A DNA stretch of 64,000 bases from Lingula anatina (Eukaryota > Animalia > Brachiopoda), in assembly GCA_051362555.1 (NCBI GenBank), contig CM120646.1, positions 620,001 to 684,000 of the forward strand. The letters run 5' to 3'. Of the stretch, positions 15,530 through 28,961 are shown one piece after another (position 1 is the first letter of the stretch; every line of letters starts with the position of its first letter). The position numbers and the translations under genes were made by a program. The notes below the pieces were generated by a model. That model made no database searches. It saw only the letters and a program-made list of their open reading frames with translations, and had not been told where the DNA came from.

Positions 15530-16122
15530 TGGTCCCATTATGCTGATTTTCGAACTCAACCTGCGTTTTAGTAAGAGTCTTCGAGTTAAATGACAATTGG
15601 CCTATCTGTTTTTCTTACATTGTGTTTACAGTGTTGCATATATGCTGAAAAGTGAAAAAACAGCATAACTTCTTAAATAGTGGCCCGATCATGCCGATTT
15701 TTGAACTTGACCTATGTTACAGTGAGATTGATAACTCCTGTGAATTTCATGACAATAGACCTATCGGTTTTCCTTGAAATGTGTTTACAGTGCTGTATAT
15801 ATGCTGAAAATGAAAAAAAAAGCATAACTTCTACCATAAAGGCCCGATCATGCTGATTTCCGAACTTGACCTGCGTTTTATGAATATTCATCAGCTCTGT
15901 AAATATAAAGCCAAAAAGTAAAACTGTCTTCCTCTTATCGTGTTTACGCTGAAAATGCACGGCGACGGCGACGACGGCGATGACAGACGCAGGGGATGGC
16001 AATATGTACAGACAAAACTGTGTCTGAACATAAACAAAAAGTCCATCAATTTCAATCAAGCCTGTTTCCAATCTGAGTGGCATGTCAAATTACGACATTA
16101 TAAATAACAATTTTCCTTCACG

Positions 16123-16154
<32 letters not shown>

Positions 16155-16600
16155 TGTTTGTTTGTTTGCCGCATTTTGTTTGTTGTCGCAGTGAACAAAA
16201 TGGGCTTTTTTATGTACGGACACAGATGTGTCTGTACATATAGCCGTCACCTGCGTCTGTCGTCGCCGTCGTGCACTTTTACCGATAACACGATAAGTGG
16301 AACACCGTTTTACATTTTGTATTCAAATTTACAGAACTGATGAATATTCATAATACGCAGGTCAAGTTCGAAAATCAGCATGATCGGGTCACTTTTAGGG
16401 AATTTATGCTGTTTTTTTCACTTTTTCAGCACATATGCAGCACTGATAACACGATAAGTGGAAAAGCATTTTACCTTTTCGCTTGAAACTTACAGAACTG
16501 ATGAATATTTATAATACTCAGGTCAAGTTCGAAAACCAGCATGATCGGGTCATTTTTAGGGAAGTAATGCTGTTTTTTCACTTTTTTCAACATGTATGCA
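15530..16600. repeat. Inverted pair of HINE-like elements with internal tandem subrepeats
   Basis: catgctgatttt..cgaacttgacctgcg repeats (15540-15900) are mirrored by caggtcaagttcgaaaatcagcatg (16360-16545). 5'-type ends with (GAC/GTC)n face each other across a poly-T at about 16125. Confidence 0.7.
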
Positions 16601-17658
16601 ACACCTGTCTATAAAGTCACTTGCCTACTCATTAATTTCCAATTGGCCATTAAATGAGATTACATAAAACACTCGTTGAGATTTCCCTTTAAAGTCCCAT
16701 AGGTTTAGCTCTCTTTTTGGTGATAATTATGCAGATAAATGGTGTTTAATATTGCAAATAAATTTACAACAAAAAATGTGTTATGCCAACATGCTATAGA
16801 TGACTAACAGTGCCTTATTTTTCTCAAACTTGGTGGGGTTATTCATATCAGGTTCATACAGCTAGATTAACGGTTTGAATAGCAGCTTTATTGGAATTTT
16901 TTACGTTTTATTAAAATTTTTTTTAAATTATTTTTCAAACGCTAGCATCTTCAAGATGTGATTTTTTACTCCCCTCCACCAGAAGTGCTGTGCATTTTCT
17001 GTATTTCCACATGAGCAATTGTATTGATTTTTATGTCTTTAAACATTGTGTAATATCATTTTATACACTGTTATCATTTTTCAAATATTGTGTATTTTCA
17101 TTATATGAATTTGAACTCTTGTGGTCCTGAAACTGTAATCTTATTGCAGGGGCGGATTGAGACGGTCTTCTGGGCCTTCTGGAAGATGGTCAGATTTTAA
17201 TGTTTACATTGACAGGTATCTATTTTTTCTGTTGGAATACCATCAAAAATGGAGGATGGATCAACAAAGATAATTTGGAATACTGTCAGAAAATATCTCT
17301 CCTGTTCACTTCTGTTATTGACCATAATTTATCTGTTGTTCATGATTGAAATTCAGTGTTGATTGACAGCATTATTTATTATTGCATCAAAATTGACAAA
17401 ATGACCTATTTTTTACATATTTATTTTGTTTTTTGTCTGTACATTTGACAGCTTTGCTGCCTTGTGTGTTAATTATGAGGCAGTATAACACAATGTTACC
17501 CCCCCCCCCCCAAAAAAAAAAAAAAAAAAAAACTTTTAATAATCTATTTTACATAATTGGGACATTCTCGAAATGTTACTACCATATGGCTCCATGAGCA
17601 TGCCACTTCCAAGTCACACATTGCAAAGTGCCAATATGTAAAAAATGAAAAATCAAAG

Positions 17659-19750
17659 TCATATTTTTGCAATTTCTTGCTCATAAACCTTTTTGCTTGA
17701 GAGCTTCTTAATTAAATTTTGCTCCAAATTTTCAATAGTCTGATATTGGATATTGTCCTCTTTTGTATCTGGAATGGCAAGACTTGCAAATTGTTGCAAG
17801 ATTTTCTTTGGTCCCTTTTCGTAATTGGCACTTAAATTTATACTCTGTTCAATACGTATAATTAATGCAGACCTGTGACGGGACAATTGCTTGTGCACCT
17901 TCGCTATGAATAGGGGTAAGGTGGCATTACCAATTTTCTCCTTTGTGTTTGAACCGTACAGAGCTGACATTGAAAGTGGCTGATAGATTTTCTTTAGCCT
18001 CTCGTCGGATTTGGCCCTCGAAAGTGTAATATATACAGTACTTATTACAAATGCAGACCCGTCAGGAGGCAATGGCTCACGTCCCCTTGCTATGACTAGT
18101 AACTGACGGAGCGTACCGTTTGGAGAGTCCTCCCACTCCAGAGAACTCAAACTCTCTGACTGAGATGGTGAAGACACGGCTGAGAAGACAGTTGATAGTG
18201 ACGCCTCTATCAGCGTTAAGATTGTCAGTCGTGTCTCATGCTCGACTTCCATTTTAAGTCGCATGACCTTGCATTTTAACACTTTTATTTCCAAAACCTG
18301 TATGTATTCCGTTTCTTTGGGGTCGTCTGTTTTCAGTTGTTGTGTGTCATTTGGAACTAAATGGGTGTTGTTCTTAATAGAATTCACCTTAGGCAGGTAT
18401 TGAAGGTCGATATTGGCAATGGTGTTAACTAATAACTCTTTTTCAGTGTATGTTTTCAACACAAATTCAATAGGAAGAACTTGAGATGCATTTGAACGTC
18501 TCATATAGTCGTCATCCATTTGGTGACCAACTTCGACGCACCGTGTATAAGCTGAGAGTAATTTTTCATTCATGTGGTTCATTAAAGTGGCCAACAGCCT
18601 TGAGAATATCACGCGCTTCCTTTTCAGAAATTGTAGTACTTCCGTAAAGTTTTTGTCACGCAGCATTTCAACAACTTGTTTTAATTCCTGTCTTTGCAAT
18701 GGCTTGGAATCACTGAGTTTACAGCCCAATGGCAACGTTATTATTGGTGCAGTCTGAAATGATAAGTTAACATTTGACAATATTCTTCCCTTCGGGAAGT
18801 ATTGAACAGACAATTGATATCCAATTCTACAACAACAACAATGAAAAGGACAAATAATACAAATGACATTTTGCAAAATAACAGCAAACTACTAGAAATT
18901 CAGAAACAATTAGGAATATGTCAACTGTAATGCATATTAACTGTCAATTTACAATTTACGTATAACCAAACAGGCATGCAATGCCCACCAAGCATGTAGT
19001 ATCAATTACCTCAAACGGTACACTAGCAAGGTGATTATTTAACATGTAAATATTTTCTTTTAATTAACCTTACAAAAAATACTGAAACTTATTTCCTTAC
19101 ACTGTTTTGAGCAAAACGGCTAGCTTCCGCGAATTGTTTTGCTGCTCTCCCTTTGTTGCCGAATACCCCGTTGGCCTCTATATAGTCTTTGTTTATCTTT
19201 ACATCGCCTTTTTCTTCATCTAGCATTGTAGAGTTGAACATCGTCATAGGATCACCGAATTCGTGCCCTTTTCTGTCCTGTATATGGACGTCTTTTAGTT
19301 GTGCTTCAAATGTATTAAAAGCGTTCACATAATGGATGGTCGTATTTTTTGTTAATTGACTTAAATACTGATACCAATTCTCGGCATTGCTTTGCTCTGC
19401 GGTTTCAGGGATGAAAAACAGATTGAAACCATTTGCGAATTCTGGATCTGTGACCGGCAGATGTGCAACTTCTTGATGGTATCCGGCAGTATCTATTAAC
19501 ATTTTACGTTCCTGAATGTTATTGCAGATTTTAACCATCAATAATTCCTTTTCAAATAACTGCAGCAATAGATTTCTGGGGTTCCAGTGTCCCGGCCAAT
19601 CATTAATTTTGTGCACCATATTGGTAGGCAGATGTGTATTCACATCAACAATCTTCCTTCCAACAGAAGGCCACAATCAACTAAGCTCTATGACATACGT
19701 GTGTTACGGTGAGGTGCGGCTGAGTGTGTATCCACGACCTGTTGATAGCA
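17659..19750 (-). CDS. Orphan multi-exon coding sequence of unknown family, possibly pseudogenised
   Basis: Long open frames 19089-19676 and 17659-18876 in AT-rich DNA, with splice sites near 19100 and 18826. Two in-frame stops (TAG, TGA) lie just upstream of LWPSVGR in an otherwise open frame. Confidence 0.55.
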
Positions 19751-22700
19751 GCTGAAAGAAGATTTATAATAATAATAATAATAATAATGCACGTGTCATT
19801 ATAACACATTTCAGTACACCTAACAGGTAAAAAAACTATTAAACTTTACAATATCAAATTGATACGAATTTAGTGTAGAAGTGTGAAGATATAAATCATC
19901 AAAATTTATTTAAAAGATGTGTTTCTGGAGAGCCTTTAAAACTGTCGTAATTACTTTCGGCACCAATACAAAAGAAAACCAAAGAAAGGAATAAAAACCG
20001 TAAAGATCCTATTGAAATCAGTGGAGATATAATACCATATGCCAGTTTAGAAGAAAAGTAAGGCAGGAATGTACTTCTTTAAGGAAACTGAAAGCTTTTA
20101 CCAGGAATGTGTCCATTTTACCGAACTTTTACAGGTGTTTAAGGGAAGTATTTTTACTTTTAAGTTAAAAGTGTTCATCAACTGTATATTATGAGCGTGC
20201 AACTGAGGAGTAAAAACCGGAGAAAGTTACTTTAGACCACAAGTGATATGCTTAGGGCAGATCTTACCCCTTTAGAATTTGTAGTCACACCTATACTTCA
20301 ATAGAGAGGTCAACCGAGGTCTTTGTGCTTTGGAAAAAAATAGTAGTTTATGTGAATCACTCGTGGTGTCAGGTAATGTTTCGTGGAGTAGCATGTTGTA
20401 CAAGGAAGTGTAATGTTTATTAATAATGACTAGAGTTACAATTATTTGTCGTGACGTAAGTTGATTACACACTATTATCTTGAGAGGGTACCAAATAAAA
20501 CAGCGTCTATCATGAGTGACAGTTTCCAATTATCTTTTTAAATTTTTACCAAGCATCTCCTGGCTTTTAGTCTTTATAAGTAGTAGTAAACATGTTTATG
20601 TAGCTTTTATATTGTAGCTGTATCCTTTTTGTATAGCAATCTTTAAATTAACTTACCTTTTAATCATACCGATAGAGCCTTCCTATTTTAATACAATGAT
20701 GTTTTTACAGTAAATTTATTATCGATATTGCATATTTTATACAATATTAATATTTATTGGCCTAATCTTTATAAAAGGCAATATAGCCAATGCTTTTGAG
20801 ACATTAAAATTTAAACCATTGAATCCATATTTCAGAGTAGAAGGTATAAAATTGCTGTAAAAAGTTCCAGTTTCCTCATGAAGCTCAAACTGATGAATAT
20901 TATAACATTTGCATTTTAACTTGATGTATTTTCTTTAAAACATTTCGAGGAGACAACATCATTTTAAAACATCACAATATTTATTTCTGCATTTCCTAAA
21001 TGGGTAAGGAAACAATTCTAACGTATCGACCCCACTCGTGCTGATATAACTGTAACAGCCGAAAGCAGGTAGGCCTACTAAGGCCTAATTTACATGATTC
21101 ATCACTTATGTTGAACGTCCCTATTTTAAATCGATCATTCACGAAACAGAAAGTGTTTAGACATTTTCCGCTGTATGAAACCTCTATATGAATTCTCTAT
21201 GAATATCTATATACTTGTTGAAGCGCTTTTGTTATTCAGTGTGTCTTAAGCAGTGTGTCTTGTTGACAGTCAAATTGCGTAGTTGAAAGCTGACGTCAGA
21301 CCATGTAGCCAGTGCTTTAGCGGGTATAACAGATAGCCGGTGTGATAATCATTACCTTTACGCCCGTAGGTAAATTTCAGCACATATTAGAGTATAGTAT
21401 ACAGTACTACATTACGAAATATACAGTACTACATTACAACAGTCTTCCTCAACATCATCCTAATTTGTGCCTCTGATCACACACATTTAAAACGTAGGCC
21501 CTACCACTGTGACTTCCCGCTCCTAATCTTTAAAGTACATGTATACTGGTACATAATGTGAAAATGTAGCAGAGCAAACTTACCCTTAATATATTGAATA
21601 CTTTTAGTAAATTACTCCATTTGTTAAATTATGTGCTTGTTCATGTAAAGTGTACAATATGGCGACCATTTTACTGTTCACGTGATATTTACATGTAAGT
21701 TGCCTGTGACCCTCACCTTTCTGCACTCACGCACCATTCAACACTCTAGGGGAGTAGGCCTAGTTGATAAGGTTATTTTAATATGCGCTGCTGAAAAGGT
21801 ATATGTTTATGAACACTTCACCATAAATCAGCAACTGATTTACTTTTAAAATGGCATTTATTTGTAATTAAGTACCGTAAGTTAATGCATGTAGTGGTGG
21901 GAATTTTTGATTAACCTACATGTACTGTAGGTGTGTTTAGTGATCTGGGTTTTTTCAGTAAATATACTGGTATATGGTTGAGCGGCTGGTTCAGACTATG
22001 AACACTAGTATTAATACACGGTGCACCGTGTGGAATCCATGCTCCATCCGAATAGAATGTTCATGTTTAGATCCGTCGTCATATAGGCCTATATATAGGC
22101 CTACTTCATATACAAAATGGCCTACTTCATGTACATCGTGTACATGTACTGGTAGACCTACCTCATCATGCAAAGACGTGTCAAATCTGCTTCCTGGTCT
22201 TTTAAATTCATCTTTGAATCCATGCGCTATGTAGGCCTACCTTTAAGTTAAATCTAAACTACAAGTATCAATCATAAAACCTTTGCCAAACCGGGGGCGC
22301 AGCAATTTGAATTTTTATCCATTGATACATAGTTATTTCTAGATCTATTCTAGAGAAGCTTTTACAAAAACCGGGGCTTCTTTACGCTACCTGTAGCGTC
22401 TCGGATTAACTACACAAAATAAAACATTGGTTCAGTAAGCTTTGTTTACATCATGGATAACCTTTATTGACTTTAATAAGCAAATATAATCAATCAATTT
22501 TTTATCTGAGATCAAAAACCGACCAGCTGTTAAAGTGGGTTAATTTAACATTTCCAAGAAGTCATATATTACTGCTGACGTCGTCTGACTTGCATGTATT
22601 GATAAATGGCATTTTAATACACTGTATAGTGACCTCTTGGTCGGGGATTTTTTTGTTTACTCCAACAAGTGCAAAATGGTCACGCGTTGCGTTATAAAGG

Positions 22701-23044
22701 AGTTCATTACGCCATCTTTAGGGTCTTAGTGTAACTACACAACATTGTGAGCGCGATAACACCACATGGGCCAAACGTCGTGCCTCGATATGAGAACGAG
22801 GTCAAGCGTACGTTTTGGACCTGATTTAGCCTGTAAATTCTACAATGAAACAGTTAAGCTAATTATTAGGCCAAACACGGAGATTTTCTTGTGATATTTA
22901 ATTCCGTTTAATATTGTTGAAGATTCAATTTTAATCAATTAGCATTTTGATGCAACTACACTATAAACTGAACAAGAATCCCATTTCTGCGGGGCTACAC
23001 GCTATCGAATTATAAGATCGGTCGGTCAAACACGGAGGTGCATT

Positions 23045-23563
23045 CAGGACCGTAGCCTGGGCAAAATGCCAGGGGGGCAGTAAGCGGACACGAGGGGGCG
23101 AAGCCCCCGAGGGGGGAGGGTGTGGAAGGGGGTGTCCCCCTCCTACGGTATGGAAAATTTTTAAAAACTATGTATAGGCCTAAAACTGCATTCTGGTGCA
23201 TTCTAACTGTTATTTATTGCTCAACCAGAGGTCAGAAATTGTGGGTTCATTTTGCCATAAGTAGCCCAACAGTTATGTTTTTCAACACAACACGCCAATT
23301 GGACTTCATTTCGTAGATTGTCTCAGGATCAGGAATAAGGATCAGGAATAACTGAGTTGGGTTAAAACAGAACACCTTTGTAAACGGGTTGTTGAATGAT
23401 TGTCTAGTGGCCATGAGTGCATTTTCTCACAGAATTGATACTAACTTTGCAATTATTTTTTTTTACATTTGCGATTATTTTTTTGCACCTCAAATCCCAG
23501 GGGGGGGGCAGCTCCCCCCCCTCCCCCCCCCCCCCCCCCCCCCCCCCGGAGGCTACGGCCCTG
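23045..23563. mobile_element. MITE with CAGG...CCTG termini (hAT-like)
   Basis: TIR caggaccgtagcc / ggctacggccctg with G/C-run subterminals. No clear TSD. Confidence 0.55.
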
Positions 23564-24340
23564 ACATTGTATTAATAGGAATATGCTGTAGACAAATTTA
23601 GCACAGAAAAGGAAAATATACTTGTTTTTTTTATAATAATACGTGTGTTATACTGATTTTTGGCAAAAAGAAGAGGGAGAAGGGGTATATACCGCCGGAG
23701 TAATGTAGGGTTAACGTTGGCCACCTTGTCCCATTTTTCGGTCATTTTGTTCATCATTAGATGTTGCTGCTGTATCAAAGAGTCTTTGGCAACCACTTCT
23801 CTTCTGACGGAAAACGATCGAAGTTTACACACCATCACAATGGGAATAACAGTGACACCAAAACATTAAATTTGGACTTATTTAATTGGATTTATTATAC
23901 AAGCATCATTTTGCGCTATTTAATTGCCCAGTACTAAATACTACACATTATATACAGCACAGTAAACATAACATGCCAATTTAAAATCTTTAGTGTTCAA
24001 ATACATAATCAAAACAAGTGGTAAGTAAGTTTACAAGCAAACGGACATTAATGCTTTGCAAGTGCAAAATGATTTGTTTCAAAACGTCTTCTTTTGTCCC
24101 AATTACAACAGTCTATGTTGATGACATCAGAATATATTCGGAGCATGAAAGTATATTGTCAACTTACTATGCAATGTCCAGTAGAAATATGAAAATCTAT
24201 ACTCCAGGCATCAAAATTCCAACAAATCGGAAACTTTACAGTCACAGGAATTGAAATGGAAAATTCAAAAAATCAAATAATACTACAAGTGATATCTTTG
24301 CAAATTGCACTCAACCTTGATTTCCTAGCACCTGTTCTAG

Positions 24341-24492
24341 TTATGTCAAGCTTTTCAGTCCAACCTCAAACTGTTCATCCGATAAAACTGAAAACAGAAC
24401 ATAAAGATACGATATAAAAGTCTCATAATAAACTGTACATCTTAAACTATCTTATGTCAAACATTATTCTGCATTTAAGCAACACATTTTGG

Positions 24493-24534
<42 letters not shown>

Positions 24535-27500
24535 CAGTAACAGAGTCCATAACTGATACGCATTATTTGAAGTTTTTCATCTGGACTAAAGACTAAAATA
24601 ATAAATAAATATTATTATTTTTATTAGCCAACATTTGACTGAAAAAGAAATGAAACAGAATGTATCTTGCATTACAGATATATACAGTATAACACTGCAT
24701 GAAACACTCCTCACCAAGTCTCTGAATTTGAAAGTCTTCATTAGTGTCTTTACAGTGATCCAACATTGTTGCAAAATTTATACTGCGTCTGCAATATAAA
24801 ATGACGGTTATTGTGTTTTCATTTAATTGAAATATGCCTTTTTTCCTACGGAACTTGTACAAATTCACTATACAACATTGGTCAAAAAGGTTGTCCCACC
24901 CCCATTTCCATGTCCTTTTATTTACAAATGATCACCTCACATCTGTAAATTGTTAGAGATAGTGTTTTTTATTACAGATACCGTGTCTAACATGATTAAT
25001 GGTTAAAAGATACAAAATAGTGGTGAAAATATACATATTTTATACCATTTACTGTTTCACTCTGACCTCTACAGATGTAAAGAAATGTCTATAAAATTGA
25101 AAAGACGCCATCAAATGTCACCAAATGCACACAAAATTAGCATTAGGGTATGCTCGTTAAAGATCACGTGCCTAACAGCGTGTGCGTCTACCGCGTGCTG
25201 CAATTATCTCCTGAGCACTTGCGGCATGAACAACCTTGCGCGCGTTTTACGTCACAGGTCTTGCGTAACTACCCACGTGCTACGATTTTTCTCTTGGGGG
25301 GGGGGGGGGGCAGCAAGCGGACATTTTGTACAGGAGCAATGCAAAGATGGGTGAAAACGATACGTTGTTTTTAACCGAAAACGATGTCCCCGGGGCGAAA
25401 CTGCCAACACCAAAAGTAAAGGAGCATACCAACGTTGTTTTGAAACGATGTGGTTAGCCTGTCAGTGGCGAGTTGGGGAGAAAAGAGCAGCACTGATAGC
25501 AAAGTACATGTACTGTGTACACGTGAACCAGCAAAGTTAATGATAATTTCATGTTGCAAAAGCGTAATTAAATCAGTTAGTTATTTTCCAAACGATATTA
25601 TTTGAATAGTCGATACATACATCAAACTAACAACAATAAAAATTTTTGATGACATTGAAAATCAAAACCTGCGGTGCACGATAGGTTGAGGAGGACACTG
25701 CCACAGCAAGTAATGCATGAATTTTGTTACATAACACCATATGCTTGTGTCGTTGTTAACTCTGTGGTATTATTACTGCTCAAATTAATACCTGATACTA
25801 TTTCTCAGGCTACCAAGTACAAATCAACTTATTTTGTGGCAATTGACCTCCATGTTCCGTCATGTGTGCAGGTTGTTTATTATTATTATCATTTGTTCAA
25901 GCACATTTTGATAAAGTGGCTATGCTTTAACAAGAGAAAGTCAAAATTTATGCTGAAGTTTAAAGATTAAATCATCAGTAGTATATACAATTAAAGCTAT
26001 TTGATTATGCATATTTGATTTTCAGTTATCTTGATTATGATACGTGGTTGCTGCCTTTTACTTTTGCCCTCAAATCAATATATAACAAGTAAATTGATAG
26101 TGCTTTATTACAATTTTGGCTTTATACTTTCAGATGTAAAAAATGTGTAGCTGTTGGTAAAGTTGTAGAGATTGATGTGAGCATAGATCAGGGGAAATGG
26201 TATTAGAGAAACTAGGAGGACAAGACATAGATACTAGTAGATCCATCATCACAGCAAGGGTACATGTAGATGGTGTGATCTTGTCCCTGAAGCTGTGCCT
26301 CAAGTTTTCAACTGGTTGAGTCCTTACTAAGACAAGCTGCTGCGGTGTGAATTGCAACATGTACATTCAGGTTATACGTGGCAGATTTATGACAAAAGAG
26401 ACCTTCATAATATACTTCAAAGGAGTTATTCTGGCATCTATGCCTCATCAAAAGTACACAGTTAAAGTGACTAGATCATTGTCTGCAAATAGTGAGGCAG
26501 TGAAGGCTGCAAGATGCCATTGTTTTTCAGTATTAAGACTGACAGTATCTGTTTTTAATATTATTTTTTTATTATTCATTTTTAATGGGAGGGAGATTCA
26601 CTTTGTTCTTTCTATGCCCATTCAGTTTAGGGTTGGTGGTAATATATGGTAAATCTGTTATGCCTGTATGTAGAATTTCTTTTGCTCAAATTTCTACATT
26701 TATTAAATGCATTATGAAGTTTCCTGAGTGATTAATGAGGTTACTTGTAGAAATATCTTGCCTACACGCATTTTGTGATATTTTTACTGCTTTATACGTA
26801 TGATTATTCACATTTCATCAGTGGTGTGTGAAAGGTATTTGCATTTTAGAACTGTAGATCTGTGTACCAGCAGGGTTATATTGCAGTAATATCTGTTAAT
26901 GTTTCAAAAATAAGCTTCATGTTTGATAATTAATTGGTTTGAAATAAATAAATAAATAAATGAATAAATAAATAACCCAAATAAAATTAATTCATTTTAT
27001 ATTTCACATAATCTGTTCTTATTATTTCTTCTAAGCATGTAATCATAACATCTCCCACCATTATACTGTTATTGTGTAATAACATTGAAAGTTTCCAAGT
27101 TTTTATTATCAGGTTGACGCTAACGTATTACAAATAAATATAAGCATCAAAGCATATTTCCTTACTCAAATGTAGCAAACGTACCACTGGCATAATACCG
27201 GTAAAGATACAGGTAAAGATGACAGCATTGATAACTGGGTTTACAGCGCAGTTAGTGCAGCATACATGTAGTTAGTGCCAGATTGTTATCTGATAAAGTT
27301 TGCTACTAGTACCTGGGAACAAAAGGTCTGGCACTTGGCAATCAAGTTGATAAAATCACAAAACGCCTGTAGAAAATAGAGCATACCTGTCCAACATTGA
27401 TTTTTTCAGATTCTTGACTAAGGGGTGCGTTACTGATGTCAAGGGCCAAGACTTGAACTAGGTTTGGCAATTCACTGGACATTCCTCTCGATTTCTGCCC

Positions 27501-28853
27501 AAATCTAATAAAGCCCCAGTTGCTTAACTTTTGCCAAATTTCCAATATCTACAGGTCGTGTTGTTCAATGCTTGGGGTCTTTTCTCTGGCGGCGGTTAAT
27601 TGGGGGCACCTGTGCGGCCTGTCAACGCACCAAGACCCACTTTTGTCAGTGCCACATTTTCCATTGCCGTAAATATCAAATTTGTGAATAGAATGAGGAA
27701 TAATGACAGTTATGAAAAAATGTTTGGAAGTACCTGTCACCTTCGCCACAGTAACCATATGGGCTGTGCCGCCCCCCCCCCCCCCCACCACAGGCGACAC
27801 CTTGCGGAGCAAGCGTGCGTAATCCAGGGTGCAACTGAAAATAACCTTGTCGCGCGACCTTATTGGAACGTGCATTGCAGAGGAGAACCAATTCCCAAAT
27901 AATCTTGACCAATTCCGCCACGCTCTTAAGGATGAATGGGACAATATCCCACATAACAGAATTGTTACCCATGTTGAAGGCTTGTCGCGCCGTCTACAGG
28001 AGATAATTGCAGTACGCGGTAGACGCACAAGCTTTTAGGCACGTGATCTTTAACGAGCACACCCTTATGCTAATAAACAGTGGATTTGAGGGGTACCTAT
28101 TATAAATTTTACTAAATGGTATAAAATGTGTATATTTTCACCACTATTTTGTATTTTTTTAACCATTAATCATGTTAGACACGGTATCTGTAATAAAAAG
28201 CACAATTTCTAACAATTTACAGCTGTGAGGTGATCATTTGTAAATAAAAGTACATGGAAATGGGGGTGGGACAACCTTTTTGACCAATGTTGTATAAAAG
28301 ATTTAAGTACTAGCCTCAACTGGCACTACAACAAGATAATCCTCAACCGTGCAAAATGTCCTACTGAATTGGCCAACAAAATTTCTCTCAGTGGTTAATC
28401 AAGGGCAGATCCAGGATTATTTGAAGGGGGCGTCCGCCGATGCAAAGCCGACCCCCCCCCTCCCTTAGCGTGGGGTTCGGGGCCCGCTGAAGCGCCACGA
28501 AAATTTTTGGCATTATAGAGGGCGAACGGTGCCATTTGATATGGTTTAGAACTATGATTCAACTATTCAAAATTCTTATTTAAAGAGGGGTCATTGGTGT
28601 AATTTTTTCAGAAATGGAAAGGGGTGGGGCAGGATCCCCCTGACCCCCATAAAATCCGCCACTGTCAATAATCCGGCCCGATGTTGATAGTCGTTAATTG
28701 TCATATCGTTATGTTACCTCAGTCCCATGAACTCCACCTCGACACTGCCCCGGATGTTATCCTGGTACGCATGCTCCAAACGCATGTTGACGGCACTGGG
28801 GTACATCACCCACTCCATGTTACGTAACCACTGCCACACCACGTGCTCTCCTT
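24341..28853 (-). CDS. Duplicated WWE 3' cassette, copy 3 (exons 28718-28853, 24715-24788, 24341-24387)
   Basis: Same exon lengths as copy 1 (136/74/47 nt) with intact AG/GT sites. The intron is expanded by a Tc1-like insertion. Confidence 0.6.
24873..28292 (+). mobile_element. Tc1/mariner-derived element with long TIRs
   Basis: TA TSD; TIR caacattggtcaaaaaggttgtccc... (about 180 bp core). Tc1 transposase C-terminal remnant PNNLDQFRHALKDEWDNIPHNRIVTHVEGLSRRLQEIIAVRGRRTSF ends at 28038. Empty sites are visible in the paralogous introns (about 37740 and 41590). Confidence 0.85.
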
Positions 28854-28920
28854 CTACAGATTGTAGAAAACACCAGCATTAACAGTGAGCATTGTTGATA
28901 TATAATCGGCTTTGTGGAAC

Positions 28921-28961
<41 letters not shown>

